Shown here: piece after piece, positions 11,125-25,611 of the stretch
Layout of the letters: the number at the start of each line of letters is the position of its first letter
How positions within the stretch are numbered: the first letter of the stretch is position 1
Source of the DNA: an uncultured Rivularia sp.
GTDB lineage: Bacteria > Cyanobacteriota > Cyanobacteriia > Cyanobacteriales > Nostocaceae
Assembly (NCBI GenBank): GCA_963665115.1
Contig: OY762007.1
Location: 800,001 to 864,000, forward strand
Length of the DNA stretch: 64,000 bases
Reading direction: 5' to 3'
Translations under genes and position numbers: made by a program
The notes under the pieces: model-generated
Told to the model about the DNA's origin: nothing
The model's input: only the letters and a program-made list of their open reading frames with translations
The model's database searches: none

Positions 11125-12321
11125 ATGAAAATTACTTTAGTATGCCATGACATTCCTTATCCTGCTATTCATGGTGGAAGGATAGATATGTGGCGAAGAA
11201 TCAAAGCTTTTGCTCAGATTGGTGTTGAATTACAGCTTATATGCTGGTTTGATAAAATTCCGCAGCGTGAAGAAGTAGCTGAAATTAAAAAGTATGTTGA
11301 TTCTACATATTTTATTCCGTTTAAACACGATTTCTGTTCCAAGGGCTATAGACTGTTAAACTTGCTTCGCTACCCTCTAGAAGTTACTTCTAGACTTGTG
11401 GTTGGACAGCAATTAGATCGTTTAGTTTCTCATGTTCGTGCCTTTAAACCTCATCTTATCTGGCTAGATGGTATTCATGGTGGAGATGTTGCATCGAAAC
11501 TAAGTCATCAATTCGATATACCCATAGTGACTCGCTGCCATAACATTGAACATCTGTATTATCAACGATTATTTACTTCAGCAATAGGCACAAGTAAAGT
11601 TAAAAGATATTTATCAGTTTCTCATTTAGAAACATACGAGAAATCTTTATTGAAAGATAGTCTTTTGTTTTATGATATTTCGGCAGAAGATTTAAAATTC
11701 TGGAAATCGCGTGGATTTAAAAATGGACGCTATTTACCTCCTTTAATGGAAATTTATCAATCTCACCAACAAGATAAATTTAATCAAAAGATTGATGTAT
11801 CCGATCGATATGATGTTGTTTTTTTAGGCAACTTATATTCTAATAATAATGTAGCTGGTATTATTTGGTTTTTAACTCAAGTTTTGCCTGAAATCCGCAC
11901 TCAATTATCTAACATTAAAGTTTTAATTGCCGGGGCAAAACCGATAAATAGAATTAGACAGCTATGTGAAGATATTGATGGCGTAGATTTAAGCATCAAT
12001 CCGCCGTCTTCAACTGAAATTTATAATTCAGGGAGCGTTTTAATCAATCCTGTTTTAACGGGTAGTGGAGTCAGTATAAAATCATTGGAAATGCTGATGG
12101 CTGGTAAACCAATTGTCTCAACACCTCAAGGAATAGCAGGTTTACCTCTTTCAGTTAGACAGTATTTCAAAATTGCTTCAGACAAACAATCTTTTGCCGC
12201 AGCAATTGTTAATTTACTTTCAAACTCTCATAAAATTCACATCGAACCAAAACTACTCGAATCATTATTTGGTACTCAAGTGATACAGGAAGTTGTGTCC
12301 GATATCAGGTCATTAATCTAA
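11125..12321 (+). CDS. Glycosyltransferase (GT-B, GT4-like)
   Basis: IPYPAIHGG N-terminus; GSGVSIKSLE..GKPIVST C-terminal motif. Confidence 0.85.
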   Translation: MKITLVCHDIPYPAIHGGRIDMWRRIKAFAQIGVELQLICWFDKIPQREEVAEIKKYVDSTYFIPFKHDFCSKGYRLLNLLRYPLEVTSRLVVGQQLDRLVSHVRAFKPHLIWLDGIHGGDVASKLSHQFDIPIVTRCHNIEHLYYQRLFTSAIGTSKVKRYLSVSHLETYEKSLLKDSLLFYDISAEDLKFWKSRGFKNGRYLPPLMEIYQSHQQDKFNQKIDVSDRYDVVFLGNLYSNNNVAGIIWFLTQVLPEIRTQLSNIKVLIAGAKPINRIRQLCEDIDGVDLSINPPSSTEIYNSGSVLINPVLTGSGVSIKSLEMLMAGKPIVSTPQGIAGLPLSVRQYFKIASDKQSFAAAIVNLLSNSHKIHIEPKLLESLFGTQVIQEVVSDIRSLI

Positions 12322-12336
12322 ATTAATCTTAACTTT

Positions 12337-13567
12337 TTGATGAAAATTTTATATTTAACAACCGTTCTTCCAAGTGGAAGAAGAACTGGTGGTGAAATTG
12401 CATCTCAATGCTTCATTAACGCTTTAAAACAATGCGGGCATGAAGTATTGGTTGTCGGATATCAGCGTCCCGACGATACCAAACCTCAAAACGAGAATGA
12501 AGTTGTAGTTGAAAAACGATATATAGAAACAGAAAAATCAAAATATTATCCATTTTTATGGATGGTTTTGAGTTTGTTCAAAGGGCTTCCTTACTCGGCA
12601 GCTAAATATTATTCTAAAAAATACTTAACAAAAATAAAAAGTATTTTACATAGAAATGACTATGAAACTGTCATAATCGATCATGCTCAATTAGGTTGGT
12701 TATTGCCTTTAATAACTCAAAAGTCTAAAGTCATATTTATTGCTCATAATTTAGAACATCAACTGTATGAAGCACAGTTAAACAATGCCCAAAAGTATTT
12801 ATCAAAGTACATATACAAAAGAGAAGCTCGTTTGATAAAAAAGATGGAAGACGATTTAGCTGCTTCATCAAAACAAGTATGGACGCTAACATCTCACGAT
12901 TCCAACTACTTTTATAGTCAGAACCTTTGCAGCAAAGTGTTTCATCTACCTTCCATCCGAACAGTACCACCAAAAAATTCTGCAATTAAACACTGTGATA
13001 TTGGAATAATTGGTAGCTGGACATGGAAAGCTAATAAATATGGTTTGGAGTGGTTTTTCCAAGCAGTTTATCCCCACTTACCTAAAAATATATCGATTCA
13101 GGTTGCTGGCTCTGGTGCCGGGTGGTTAGCTCAACGATATTCAAATGTTAAATATTGCGGCTTTGTCCCCAGATGCACAAGCATTTATGGCATTAGCCAA
13201 AGTTATCGCGATTCCTTCGATAAGTGGTGGTGGAATTCAGATTAAGACTCTAGATGCGATTGCTTCAGGAAGTTTAATAGTAGCTACAACTATTGCCATG
13301 CGGGGAATATTAGACTATCCGTCTGCTATTGAAATAGCCGACGAACCAGAATATTTTGCTCGCTGTCTAATACAGTTATTAGCTTTAGGTAATGAGTATG
13401 ATGTACGCGAGGTTGAACGCACAAAACTTCTTGACAGCAGGCTTACATGGTCTGTACTTAGAAGAGAAAATTTCTATCGCAGTATAGGAAGTGCGATCGA
13501 CTCGATTGAATCAAATGATTTGACATACAACTTCGATCTACCTGTAAACCAAAGCAGACAAAAATAA
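12337..13567 (+). CDS. Glycosyltransferase (GT4-like, split by +1 C near 13169)
   Basis: TGGEIASQ, AHNLE and GGGIQIKTLDAI motifs; corrected frame reads GFVPDAQAF. Confidence 0.8.
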
Positions 13568-13574
13568 AACAACT

Positions 13575-14861
13575 ATGCTGCTTCACCACATTATGCAACT
13601 CTTGTATCGATTAAAACGTAGTATCAAGCCTTTAATGCGGGGTATTTGGAGGCTGTTATGTAATATTCCTCAAATCGGTATAAAGTCGAGAAAACCGAAA
13701 ATAAAGGTTTATTACGGCTTAATATTTGGTTTAATGTGTATAAGTTTAAGTTTTTGTTCTTCCCAATTTATAACGAGTTTTCAAGGCAATAGTTCTTTAG
13801 CAGCTACTACTATTGTGCCTCCTTTATCCGCAAGAAAATCTCAAATTATTGATAGTACGGGTAAAGCAGTTTTACTACGCGGTATAAATTGGTTTGGCAT
13901 GGAAGTTAGCACCCATGCACCTCATGGTTTATGGGTAAGAGACTATAAGCAAATGCTCGCTCATATCAAAAGCTTGGGCTATAACTCGATTCGCTTACCT
14001 TATTCAGTGGAGGCGCTGAAATCTTCCCATATTCATGGTGTTGATTTTACGATTGGTGCAAATGCCGAACTTCATGGAAAAACTCCCTTAGAAGTGATGG
14101 ATTTAATTGTCCAAGAAGCACGCAAGCAGGGATTACTAATCTTATTAGATAGTCACTGTCTAAAAGATGGGATTATTTCAGAAGTATGGTATGGAGATGG
14201 TTTTACAGAAAAGGATTGGATCGATACCTGGATTCTTTTGGCAAAACATTATAAAAATCAACCCAATGTTATTGGTGCAGATTTGAAAAACGAACCCCAC
14301 GGGCGTGCAAGCTGGGGAACCGAAGATCCATTAACTGACTGGCGTTTAGCCGTTCAAAAGGCTGGAAACAAAATTCTCGAAGTCAATCCTGACTGGTTAA
14401 TTGTAGTAGAGGGAATAGAGAAAAATGTACCTAACCAAAAACAGCATGGTTACTTTTGGGGTGCGAATTTAGAGGGTGTTCGGGAATATCCCGTGCATCT
14501 GAAAAACCAGCGTAAGTTAGTGTATTCTCCCCATGAATACGGAGGATCTTCTGTATCTTGGTTTCAGGATTCAGCTTTTCCCAGTAACCTTTACAAACGT
14601 TGGGAAATAGGATTTAACTACATCAATACGCTTAGTATCGCTCCCATTTTCGTTGGTGAATTCGGAGGATATCACGTTGACAGTAAATCTAAAGAAGGTA
14701 TTTGGCAACGAAAGTTTGTAGATTACATTGCTAAAAATAAACTGAGCTTTGCTTATTGGTGTTGGAATCCTAATAGTAAAGGTACTGGAGGTGTATTACA
14801 AGATGATTGGCAAACGGTAAATGATTCAAAGCAAGCGCTTTTGAGCAAGATACTACCTTAA
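13575..14861 (+). CDS. Glycoside hydrolase family 5 endoglucanase (cellulase-type)
   Basis: GINWFGME, IRLPYS, DLKNEPH (acid/base Glu), YSPHEYG, VGEFGG (nucleophile), WCWNPNS; N-terminal TM or signal segment. Confidence 0.92.
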   Translation: MLLHHIMQLLYRLKRSIKPLMRGIWRLLCNIPQIGIKSRKPKIKVYYGLIFGLMCISLSFCSSQFITSFQGNSSLAATTIVPPLSARKSQIIDSTGKAVLLRGINWFGMEVSTHAPHGLWVRDYKQMLAHIKSLGYNSIRLPYSVEALKSSHIHGVDFTIGANAELHGKTPLEVMDLIVQEARKQGLLILLDSHCLKDGIISEVWYGDGFTEKDWIDTWILLAKHYKNQPNVIGADLKNEPHGRASWGTEDPLTDWRLAVQKAGNKILEVNPDWLIVVEGIEKNVPNQKQHGYFWGANLEGVREYPVHLKNQRKLVYSPHEYGGSSVSWFQDSAFPSNLYKRWEIGFNYINTLSIAPIFVGEFGGYHVDSKSKEGIWQRKFVDYIAKNKLSFAYWCWNPNSKGTGGVLQDDWQTVNDSKQALLSKILP

Positions 14862-15021
14862 TCTAGGATTGATTGGCAGATTTTTGTTGCCGTAGCATTC
14901 ATCTATAATCACTATACCTATTTTATTTTTTCCTATTACCTATTACTTCAACTTACAAGTATCTTTTGGAATCAATACTGATTCCTAATATATCAAATTT
15001 TCAAACAATTATAGATAAAAA

Positions 15022-16224
15022 TTGATTGCAATCATGTTAGAAACTGCCGCTCACACATGGAATTTTCAACCGAAAGTTAACTCTAACATTCAAAAGCCTT
15101 ATATTAAATCTCATAAAGAACCCCGTATCCTAATAGTTTCAATGCGGGGTTTTCAGTCCGAAGCTTTCCGTTCGGCAGAATATGAATTTGAAGATGTAAT
15201 TAATACTTTTGATTACGCCGATTTACTTTCGCCAGCTTATGTACCTAGTTTTAAATCGGAAGTCAAAAAAAAGGTTGCTAACTATGCAGGTTTGGCTTTA
15301 AATCAAAGCAAATTGTTGCGTTCTGGCTGTGAAGAATTAGTTGTAGAGAAAGAATACGATTTAATATTCTTTATTTGTCAACACTTTTGGGATTTAACCT
15401 GTATTAATGTTATTAAGGGATGGCGCGATAAATGTAAAAAAGCAGTGCTATGGATAGATGAAATTTGGGCAAAAGAACTTGAAAATCATAAAACTGGACT
15501 TTGCTTAAAATTAGCCAAAGACTTCGACTATATATTTACGACTCAGAGTCAAAGCGTTAATGCTATAAGTCAACTGGTGAAACGTCCTTGTTATAGCTTG
15601 CCTTATGCCGTCGATGCTGTAAAGTTTTGTCCTTATCCACAAGTTCCTCAAAGACATATCGATGTTTATAGCGTTGGCCGCCGTTCGCCAATGATGCATA
15701 AGTCTTTACTAAAATTGACGGAATGCGACAACTTTCTTTACCTATACGATACCCTTAAAGGTTTAGAAATGAGGAATTATCGAGAACATCGAACTTTATA
15801 CAGTAATTTAATCAAAAGAAGTCGTTATTTTATTGCTAATAAAGCCAAATTTGATAGTGGCAATCAAATAGGAAGTCAACAAGAGTTAGGTTCGCGTTTC
15901 TTTGAAGGAGCCGCAGGAGGAGCAGTAATGATTGGAATACCGCCTGTTTGCGAGGCTTATACTAAATATTTTGACTGGGCTGATGCCGTAATCGAATTAC
16001 CAAATGTTACTACTGATATAGCGGATATTATTACTCAATTGGATGCACAACCAGAAAGGCTGCGAAAAATACGTAAAGATAATATGATTAACTCATTACT
16101 GAGACATGATTGGGTATATCGTTGGGAAGAAATATTAAGTAAAGTTGGGTTAGAGAATACTCCTGAAATGTTAATTAGAAAAACTTACTTAAAGAATTTA
16201 GCTAAGATGATTTCGATAAGCTAA
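15022..16224 (+). CDS. Glycosyltransferase (CgeB / Glyco_trans_1_2-like)
   Basis: RFFEGAAGGAVMIG and RHDWVYRW motifs; lies in EPS cluster. Confidence 0.75.
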   Translation: MIAIMLETAAHTWNFQPKVNSNIQKPYIKSHKEPRILIVSMRGFQSEAFRSAEYEFEDVINTFDYADLLSPAYVPSFKSEVKKKVANYAGLALNQSKLLRSGCEELVVEKEYDLIFFICQHFWDLTCINVIKGWRDKCKKAVLWIDEIWAKELENHKTGLCLKLAKDFDYIFTTQSQSVNAISQLVKRPCYSLPYAVDAVKFCPYPQVPQRHIDVYSVGRRSPMMHKSLLKLTECDNFLYLYDTLKGLEMRNYREHRTLYSNLIKRSRYFIANKAKFDSGNQIGSQQELGSRFFEGAAGGAVMIGIPPVCEAYTKYFDWADAVIELPNVTTDIADIITQLDAQPERLRKIRKDNMINSLLRHDWVYRWEEILSKVGLENTPEMLIRKTYLKNLAKMISIS

Positions 16225-16468
16225 TGTGCAGCTAAGTTATATTAAAAAAAAATTGGAATTATTGTAGTGCGGGCCGAACAGCCCGCTAGTACTATACAAA
16301 TTAAGTGCGTAACGGCTTAGTATAGGAATTTGATTTGTTCTGAAGGAGAACTGTACGCTCGTTGATAAGAGCGCAAGTCCAGGTTGCTAAGTTTTAGGAA
16401 CGAAATATATTTGTAAACTCTTCTATTATTCCATAGGAGAGTTTATCGTATTGTCAATGCAATTTCTG

Positions 16469-16518
16469 AGGTTAGTAGTAGCGCCGATAAGAGGTGAAGA
16501 CGGTGCTACTACTAACCT
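16469..16518. terminator. Long hairpin between convergent genes, probable bidirectional terminator
   Basis: AGGTTAGTAGTAGCGCCG / CGGTGCTACTACTAACCT 18-bp stem with one G-U pair. Confidence 0.6.
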
Positions 16519-16535
16519 ATTTTTAAGAGCAATAT

Positions 16536-17321
16536 CTAATATTTATCAATTAAAATAGTTTGCTCGCTATCCTTAGAACTCTTATTAAAGCACAAGCTAA
16601 GCTTTTGCTTCAGGATTAATAAGAAGAAAGGAATATCATCGAGTAAATATCTTTTCCATAATCTTTTTGGTTCGCATAAGAGCCTAAATAACCACTCCAA
16701 ACCTATTTCACTCATCCATTTTGGCGATCTTTTGACATTCCCTGCTTCAAAATCAATCGTTGCTCCTAATGCCATAAATATTTTGATAAATTTGAAATCA
16801 TCTTTATACTTGTAAAGCCACTTTTCTTGTTTTGGGGCACCCAATCCGATAACCAAGACTGTAGCATCTGAATTATTAATCATATCTACTATATTTTGAC
16901 ATTCTGCTTCATCTTTTTCAAAGCCGAAAGGTGGAGAATAAGAGTTAACAACAATATTTCTTCCTATTTTATGATTAATTCTTTTTTGCGCTTTACTAGC
17001 TACACCTTGAGCCGCACCTAATAGGAAAATTTTAATCTCCTTATTGTTTCTATGGTAATTACAAAAAGCAGGTAATAAATCGGAACCAGATATTTTTTCT
17101 TTGATTGGCGTTCCTAAAAATTTAGATGCATACATAATTATTTGACTATCACAAATTTTATAGTCACCGATACTATAAGATTGAAGAAACTCGGAATCCC
17201 TTTGAAGTTTAATAATATGGTCTACATTTGGTGTAAATACTACTCCCGATTTTAAATTTTTGAGTAATTCTTGTTTAGACCAATTATCAATTTCTAAGTT
17301 TAAAATCTTAATCTTGTTCAT
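16536..17321 (-). CDS. WecB/TagA/CpsF family glycosyltransferase
   Basis: FTPNVDH, SGSDL, SPPFG, GLGAPKQE, GLEWLFRL..EPKRLWKRY. Confidence 0.92.
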   Translation of the reverse strand: MNKIKILNLEIDNWSKQELLKNLKSGVVFTPNVDHIIKLQRDSEFLQSYSIGDYKICDSQIIMYASKFLGTPIKEKISGSDLLPAFCNYHRNNKEIKIFLLGAAQGVASKAQKRINHKIGRNIVVNSYSPPFGFEKDEAECQNIVDMINNSDATVLVIGLGAPKQEKWLYKYKDDFKFIKIFMALGATIDFEAGNVKRSPKWMSEIGLEWLFRLLCEPKRLWKRYLLDDIPFFLLILKQKLSLCFNKSSKDSEQTILIDKY

Positions 17322-18737
17322 GATGGCTTTTAGTAATGCTGATAACTATTTTTATATTTTTGACATGGAACGTATTTGTTGAAATAATAGTTTTGTTTAA
17401 CTCCAATTTTATTGAATAAGAAAGTAAATTACATCTTTATTAATCTAATTGAAAATGGCTATAAAGATAGTACGCCCGTAACATAAAACTAAAAATTTTG
17501 TTTTGATAAAAGCATAATTTTAGTTAGCTGAAAACTAACTGAATAAAGACTCTTCAGTTACAAAGTCTTTATATAAACAAAAACAGTGATTCTATCTGCA
17601 TTTATTTTGTGAATCTAAAAAACTTTAAGGATGAGCAATTTGAAGCGATTGTTTTGTCTGTATTTACAGTAATAAAATTTGCTAATATTATGTTTTTGCT
17701 AATTATTTTTATGACAATAAACAAAGTTATCATAAGAAAGCAAAGTAAAATTGCTGGGTTACTTATTTTTCATAAAAAAGAAATGTAAAAAAGTAATATT
17801 ACGGTTGCCCAAAAAAAATTAGCTTGTGTAAAAATTATAGCTTCCACTCTATACTTAAATATATGCTTTATATATATATATTATGAAGAGTTAATCAATA
17901 TTCTAGAGTTACGATTAAAAATTACGCCATGAAGATACGAGTTATTACTTACCTATATTAACTTCACTTTGATTCTGATGACAACATATAGTAAACCGCA
18001 TAACAGTAGTAACAAAATTGACATTCTAAAACCAGATTTATTGCAAAAATAGTTGCAAATACTATCAAATTATTATAAATATGAGTATACTAACAAATTA
18101 TGAATTAGTATAATCACTTATTCGATTTATATCTTATTTATTTAATAAAAGTGAAGAATTTTTAATTATTGAAGTACTAAAGCTGCCGATCATCTTCAAC
18201 GTGCAAAAAGCTTAGGATTATATAAAAGAAACCCCGCAATCATAATTGAAAGTAGCAAATTTTCCCTAAAACTAATACTACATAATTCAGGCGTTCATAG
18301 ATAATCTGGCGGAACTTAAGATGCTGCCATTGCTCTTGCTTAAGACTATAGCTACATTACATCAGATGTAAATTGTAATAATAATTACTGTCAAGGTAAA
18401 ACCATCAATCATACGTCATTCATAGACTCATGCAATATCATCTTCTTAAATGCTGAGATTCCATTCCTTACTTACAATTTGTTTGCGATAATCCGGGGTG
18501 TTATTTCGGCTATTACTTCAAGAATTATAATTACTACATATTTGTGGAATATGTATGCAATATTTTTGTCAACCGTTATATTACTATATTTACAAATTAA
18601 AAAAACGTATTAAATTTACAAAAGTTCTGCCTAATTAAGGATGTAGCTATAATTTTTTTGGTGTTAAATATTAAATACTGCCGTCATATAGACTAAAACT
18701 AAGCTAGTCAATATTTAAGTGGCTATATCAATTAGGA

Positions 18738-19572
18738 GTGAACGTGAATACCATTTTTCTTCGTAAAAGCGTTTTTTCGCTTACTTTGACAACTGTTGCA
18801 TTATTAAGTGGTGGGTTATCTGTTTCTGCTCAGACAGCAGAAGAAACGAGCAATAAGCAGTTCGTACAATCCAGGCAATCTTCCGAACAACAAAATACAG
18901 GTGTTGAGCATTTTACCCCTAGTTTCTCTAATGATTCTGAAGAATTAAATCTATCGGTTAATCCAGAATTACTAACATCTCAGGCAGTATCCCAGGTACC
19001 GGAATCAGCACCCGTTCCCGGAACATCAGCGACTTCATCTGCACCCCTTGCCGATCGCAATCCATCTTCTAATGCTCAATTTCCTTCTTCAAATCTGAAA
19101 CCATCTATTTCTTCAGATGTGGCTCAAGCGGATATTGATTTTGGTGGTGCAACCCGTGGTGGTTCTAGCTATATCGGAATTGCAGGGAATCTAGGTTTGG
19201 GTGGCGATTCCGCTTTAGGTGATGGTAACTTTATGGTTATCAGTAAAGTTGGAATAACAGATATTTTATCGATACGTCCCTCAGTGGTGCTTGGGGACGA
19301 TACAGTAATTTTAGCTCCCGTTACCTATGACTTTTCTTTCAAGCAGGTAACAGATCCATTCAGCGAAGCATTACCTTTTTCTCCTTACGTTGGAGCGGGT
19401 GTGGCTTTAGCAACTGGCGACGATTCAGAATTAAGTTTCTTGATTACTGGTGGTGTAGATGTACCGCTAAGTGACAAATTAACGGCTACAGCAGCTATAA
19501 ATGCAGCATTCTTCGATGAAACCGACCCTCGGGCTTTCTGTAGGAGTCGGTTATAACTTCGGAGGTTTCTAA
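18738..19572 (+). CDS. Outer-membrane beta-barrel protein with disordered N-terminal extension (+1 C near 19527)
   Basis: Signal peptide, SYIGIAGN, PYVGAGV, ITGGVDVP; corrected C-terminus DLGLSVGVGYNFGGF* ends in Phe. Confidence 0.7.
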
Positions 19573-19656
19573 ACACCGATCGCGAATACGGCAAGTAGGG
19601 GAAAATCAAACCTTTACTTGCTTCCGTCTGAAAAAGTTTGCGTAACGATGAAAACA

Positions 19657-19691
19657 ATAGTGCATTTGAACTTTGGTTTGAATGCACTATT
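19657..19691 (+). terminator. Putative terminator hairpin
   Basis: AATAGTGCATT / AATGCACTATT inverted repeat downstream of the OMP gene. Confidence 0.5.
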
Positions 19692-19724
19692 GCCTTTATG
19701 AATACGAATCAATTGTTTTTTTTA

Positions 19725-20030
19725 ATTAATCGTCTCGCTCCCTAATAGCAGCTAGCGATCTTTCCAACTCGCTGATTCTAATTCGCTACGCGAGACGTTT
19801 GCACTACGAATGTGTTACCCAGCAAAATTAATGTGGTGGTAGTAACTATATAAGGTATAGAGGTAGTGCGAGCATCTTGCTAGCTACTAACTACGAGCGA
19901 GCAAGATGTCGCACTACATTTTTATTACTTCGCATAACTTATGTGGTGGAATAGTAGTGCGTTTCATTAATTCTGAATGGTGGATTTGTCAGCAAAATAG
20001 CGTAGAGACGCAATACTATTGCCGTCTCTA
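19725..20030. repeat. Cluster of GTAG-type REP-like palindromic repeats
   Basis: GTAGTGCGAGCATCTTGCT...AGCAAGATGTCGCACTAC and GTAGAGACG...CGTCTCTA; relatives at 16264, 45933 and 58613. Confidence 0.6.
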
Positions 20031-20103
20031 AAACCATTTGAAATTAATGAAATAAGCTAATGATTTAACAAGATTCCGATGGAATCTTTTTAGTCATTAG
20101 TAA

Positions 20104-20192
20104 CGGAGAGGGAGGGATTCGAACCCTCGATGAGGTATTAACCCCATAACTCCTTAGCAGGGAGCCGCTTTCAACCGCTCAGCCACCTCTCC
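20104..20192 (-). tRNA. tRNA-Ser (GCT)
   Basis: Minus strand GGAGAGGTGGCTGAGCGG...CT-GCT-AA..., long variable arm, GGTTCGAATCC T-arm, acceptor stem GGAGAGG/CCTCTCC, discriminator G. Confidence 0.97.
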
Positions 20193-20320
20193 TTAAGCGG
20201 TAACAAATATGAATGGTAGCAGATAATAATGTGCAAGTCAATAGTGAGATTAAACTGCATTATGTACACATTCTTGTTACAGCTTCATATGCGCTTAGCG
20301 GCTAATTTGTTTATACCTGT

Positions 20321-22673
<2,353 letters not shown>

Positions 22674-22919
22674 TTACAATACGGTTATTTAATACTTTTG
22701 TGCATTTTGATAATTTTCATTATACTTTGCATTCCGTTACATTTTGCATTTGACTTCGCATCGTTTTTCCAAATTTTTGCCGTTCAATGGCATTTCTCGC
22801 TTATTTGCTTCGGAAGTTTCATAAATGCTTCGCAATGAACCAGTTGGAATAATCGCTCTTAGAGAACAGGAAACGAAGTTAATTCTAGTGCAAATTTCTT
22901 CAGTTCCCTCCCATTATTG

Positions 22920-23969
22920 TCAACGTACTATTCTCCAAGCACGCCAAGAAGTATAACTCAGTAAAGAAGTGCTACCACAAGCATAGACAGTACCGCTAGG
23001 TATACCAGCAATAGCTAACGCCAGACTTCCAACCCACAATGTTAAAGAATAAATAAACAAAACTGTCAATCGATGAGATAAACCAGCTTCTAGTAATCTA
23101 TGGTGCAGGTGAGTTTTATCAGCGAGAAAAGGCGATTTACCTTGTAGAATTCGCCCTAAAATGACACTTGACATATCTACAATCGGTACTGCCAAAATGA
23201 CGTATGGTAGCAAAACCGCAGTCACCGCAGGTATTTTGACCAAACCGATTACTCCTACCGAAGCTAAAGTGAATCCAATAAAATAAGAACCTCCGTCTCC
23301 CATAAAAATTTGCGCGGGATTGAAATTATAACGGAGAAATCCAAATGTAGCTCCAGAAAGGGCTGCGGCTATTAAAGCTGCCGCTGGCTGCTGCATAAAT
23401 AAAGCGGCAATCAACATCACCATCGCCGCAATTCCAGATACGCCAGCAGCCAAACCATCTAAACCATCAATCCAGTTAATTGCATTTACCATACCCACCA
23501 ACCAAATAACAGTGATGGGTAAACTCAACCAACCTAAATGAATTAATCCTCCCGTAGGAATGCTGAGAAAATCAATACTCACTCCTGCTTTCCAAGCACA
23601 ACCTGCTACTACAGTTTGAATCGTCAAGCGTACCAAAGGAGACAAATTGAATAAATCATCAGCTAAACCAATCAGGAAAAAAGCCAAACCACCAAGAGTT
23701 ACACCCCAAATTTGCCATTCCTTATCGGGTGGTAAAAATCCAAATCCACCCAACCACCAAACCATTAATAAAGAAATAACAGTACCTGCGAAGATTGATA
23801 CTCCTCCAAGACGCACCATTGGACTTTGATGAACTTTTCGCTCCGAAGGTTTATCCAAACGTCCGCTTTTTATACCAATATTTTTGACATCAGGCGTAGT
23901 CCAGAGAACCACTACGGCAGCCAATAAGAAAGCTATCAGATGATAAATCTGAGCAGGCAGCATCTGCAT
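22920..23969 (-). CDS. MraY/WecA-family undecaprenyl-phosphate sugar-1-phosphate transferase
   Basis: GLADD, NAINWIDGLDGL, FNPAQIFMGDGGS, HLHHRL motifs. Confidence 0.92.
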   Translation of the reverse strand: MQMLPAQIYHLIAFLLAAVVVLWTTPDVKNIGIKSGRLDKPSERKVHQSPMVRLGGVSIFAGTVISLLMVWWLGGFGFLPPDKEWQIWGVTLGGLAFFLIGLADDLFNLSPLVRLTIQTVVAGCAWKAGVSIDFLSIPTGGLIHLGWLSLPITVIWLVGMVNAINWIDGLDGLAAGVSGIAAMVMLIAALFMQQPAAALIAAALSGATFGFLRYNFNPAQIFMGDGGSYFIGFTLASVGVIGLVKIPAVTAVLLPYVILAVPIVDMSSVILGRILQGKSPFLADKTHLHHRLLEAGLSHRLTVLFIYSLTLWVGSLALAIAGIPSGTVYACGSTSLLSYTSWRAWRIVR

Positions 23970-24327
23970 AAAAAAAATCGCTTGTTTACAGTATTAGACA
24001 AATAGACAAATTAGATTAAGTAGAAAATCGCATTGTTCTATTACTACTAAGATTTATATAGTTGTCAGCATAAGAACGATACATTTTTAAATACATTTAG
24101 AATTTTAGATAAAGAATTGGGAAATCGAGATGAGTAATTACCACATTTATATATCAGTAATTATGCTGAACATTGAGAATTGGGCATGGGGGATTGGGAA
24201 TAACTATAGTTTTGCGAGCATTAAAAAACCCCCCTTAAAAAAAGGAGGGAATTAATTAAACGTTGAAAATATAGCGGTTTTTATTTGTATACAGTAGAGT
24301 ATTTACCTACCGCCATATTTCTAAAAT

Positions 24328-25611
24328 TTATGCCAAAGCTGCTACGGGAACTCCAATATGCTCATATAGAGGAAAACTCTTACATAAAGCAGCTACACGT
24401 CGGCGACAATCTTCAGCAATTTTGTCTGAATCGGGATTTAACAAACGGTCGGCAATTATATTACCGATTTCAGTAAATTCTGCTACTCCCATGCCTCGCG
24501 TTGTCATGGCAGGAGAACCAAGTCTTAAACCACTGGTAACAAAAGGAGATTCGGGGTCAAAGGGAACTGTATTTTTATTCACAGTGATATTTACATCGCT
24601 GACTAACTGGTCTGCTTTCTTACCCGTCATGCTAATGCACCGTAAATCCACGAGCATAAGATGATTTTCTGTACCGTTGGAGACAATTTTTAAATCCCTG
24701 CTTTGCAATTGATTGGCTAAAGCACGAGCATTTTCAATTACAGCAGCAGAATAATCTTTAAATTCTGGCTTGAGAGCTTCCCCAAATGCTACTGCTTTAC
24801 CAGCAATAACGTGTTCTAATGGGCCACCTTGGGTACCGGGGAAAACTGATTTATCAAACTTTTTGCCCATGTCAGCATCGCGAGTCAAGATTAAACCACC
24901 CCTTGGCCCGCGTAAAGTTTTATGGGTAGTTGTAGTCACTACATCGCAATAAGGAACGGGATTTGGATGAAGTCCGGCTGCTACCAAACCAGCGATGTGA
25001 GCAATATCCGCCAACAGGTAAGCACCAACTTCATCGGCGATACTGCGGAATTTTTCAAAATCAATTACACGAGGATAAGCCGAATATCCACAAATTAAGA
25101 GCTTTGGACGCTCCCTTAGCGCCTGCTCGCGGATTTGTTCGTAGTCTAGCTGTTCTGTTTCTTGACTAACGCCGTAATGACAAACTTCAAACCACTTACC
25201 AGAAACATTTACTGGCGAACCGTGGGTAAGGTGTCCCCCATGAGATAAATCCATTCCCATGATTTTATCGCCGGGTTCCAATAAAGTTAGGAATACCGCA
25301 AAATTAGCTTGCGCTCCAGAATGAGGCTGGACGTTAGCGTGAGCAGCGCCAAATAGCTGTTTAGCACGATCGATGGCTATCTGCTCTATTTTGTCGATTA
25401 TTCCGCAACCGCCGTAGTAACGCTTACCCGGTAATCCCTCAGCGTATTTATTCGTCAGTACCGAACCTTGAGCAGCTAATACAGCCGCAGAAGTAAAGTT
25501 TTCTGAAGCAATCAACTCCAAGTGGTCTTGTTGACGCTTTAGTTCGTCATTGATTAACTCTGCCACTGTAGGGTCAGAAGTTGCAAGGAAATCTGAATTA
25601 GTTTTAGTCAC
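24328..25611 (-). CDS. glyA: Serine hydroxymethyltransferase
   Basis: [34 protein letters not shown]. Confidence 0.99.
   Translation of the reverse strand: MTKTNSDFLATSDPTVAELINDELKRQQDHLELIASENFTSAAVLAAQGSVLTNKYAEGLPGKRYYGGCGIIDKIEQIAIDRAKQLFGAAHANVQPHSGAQANFAVFLTLLEPGDKIMGMDLSHGGHLTHGSPVNVSGKWFEVCHYGVSQETEQLDYEQIREQALRERPKLLICGYSAYPRVIDFEKFRSIADEVGAYLLADIAHIAGLVAAGLHPNPVPYCDVVTTTTHKTLRGPRGGLILTRDADMGKKFDKSVFPGTQGGPLEHVIAGKAVAFGEALKPEFKDYSAAVIENARALANQLQSRDLKIVSNGTENHLMLVDLRCISMTGKKADQLVSDVNITVNKNTVPFDPESPFVTSGLRLGSPAMTTRGMGVAEFTEIGNIIADRLLNPDSDKIAEDCRRRVAALCKSFPLYEHIGVPVAALA

Noticed and set aside
3400..20192. EPS region as a tRNA-Ser-integrated genomic island
   Set aside because: No integrase and no duplicated tRNA 3' end seen; HIP1 sites occur inside the cluster
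22715..22750. NtcA site in the pds promoter
   Set aside because: A TATAAT is present on the minus strand but no canonical GTA-N8-TAC was found
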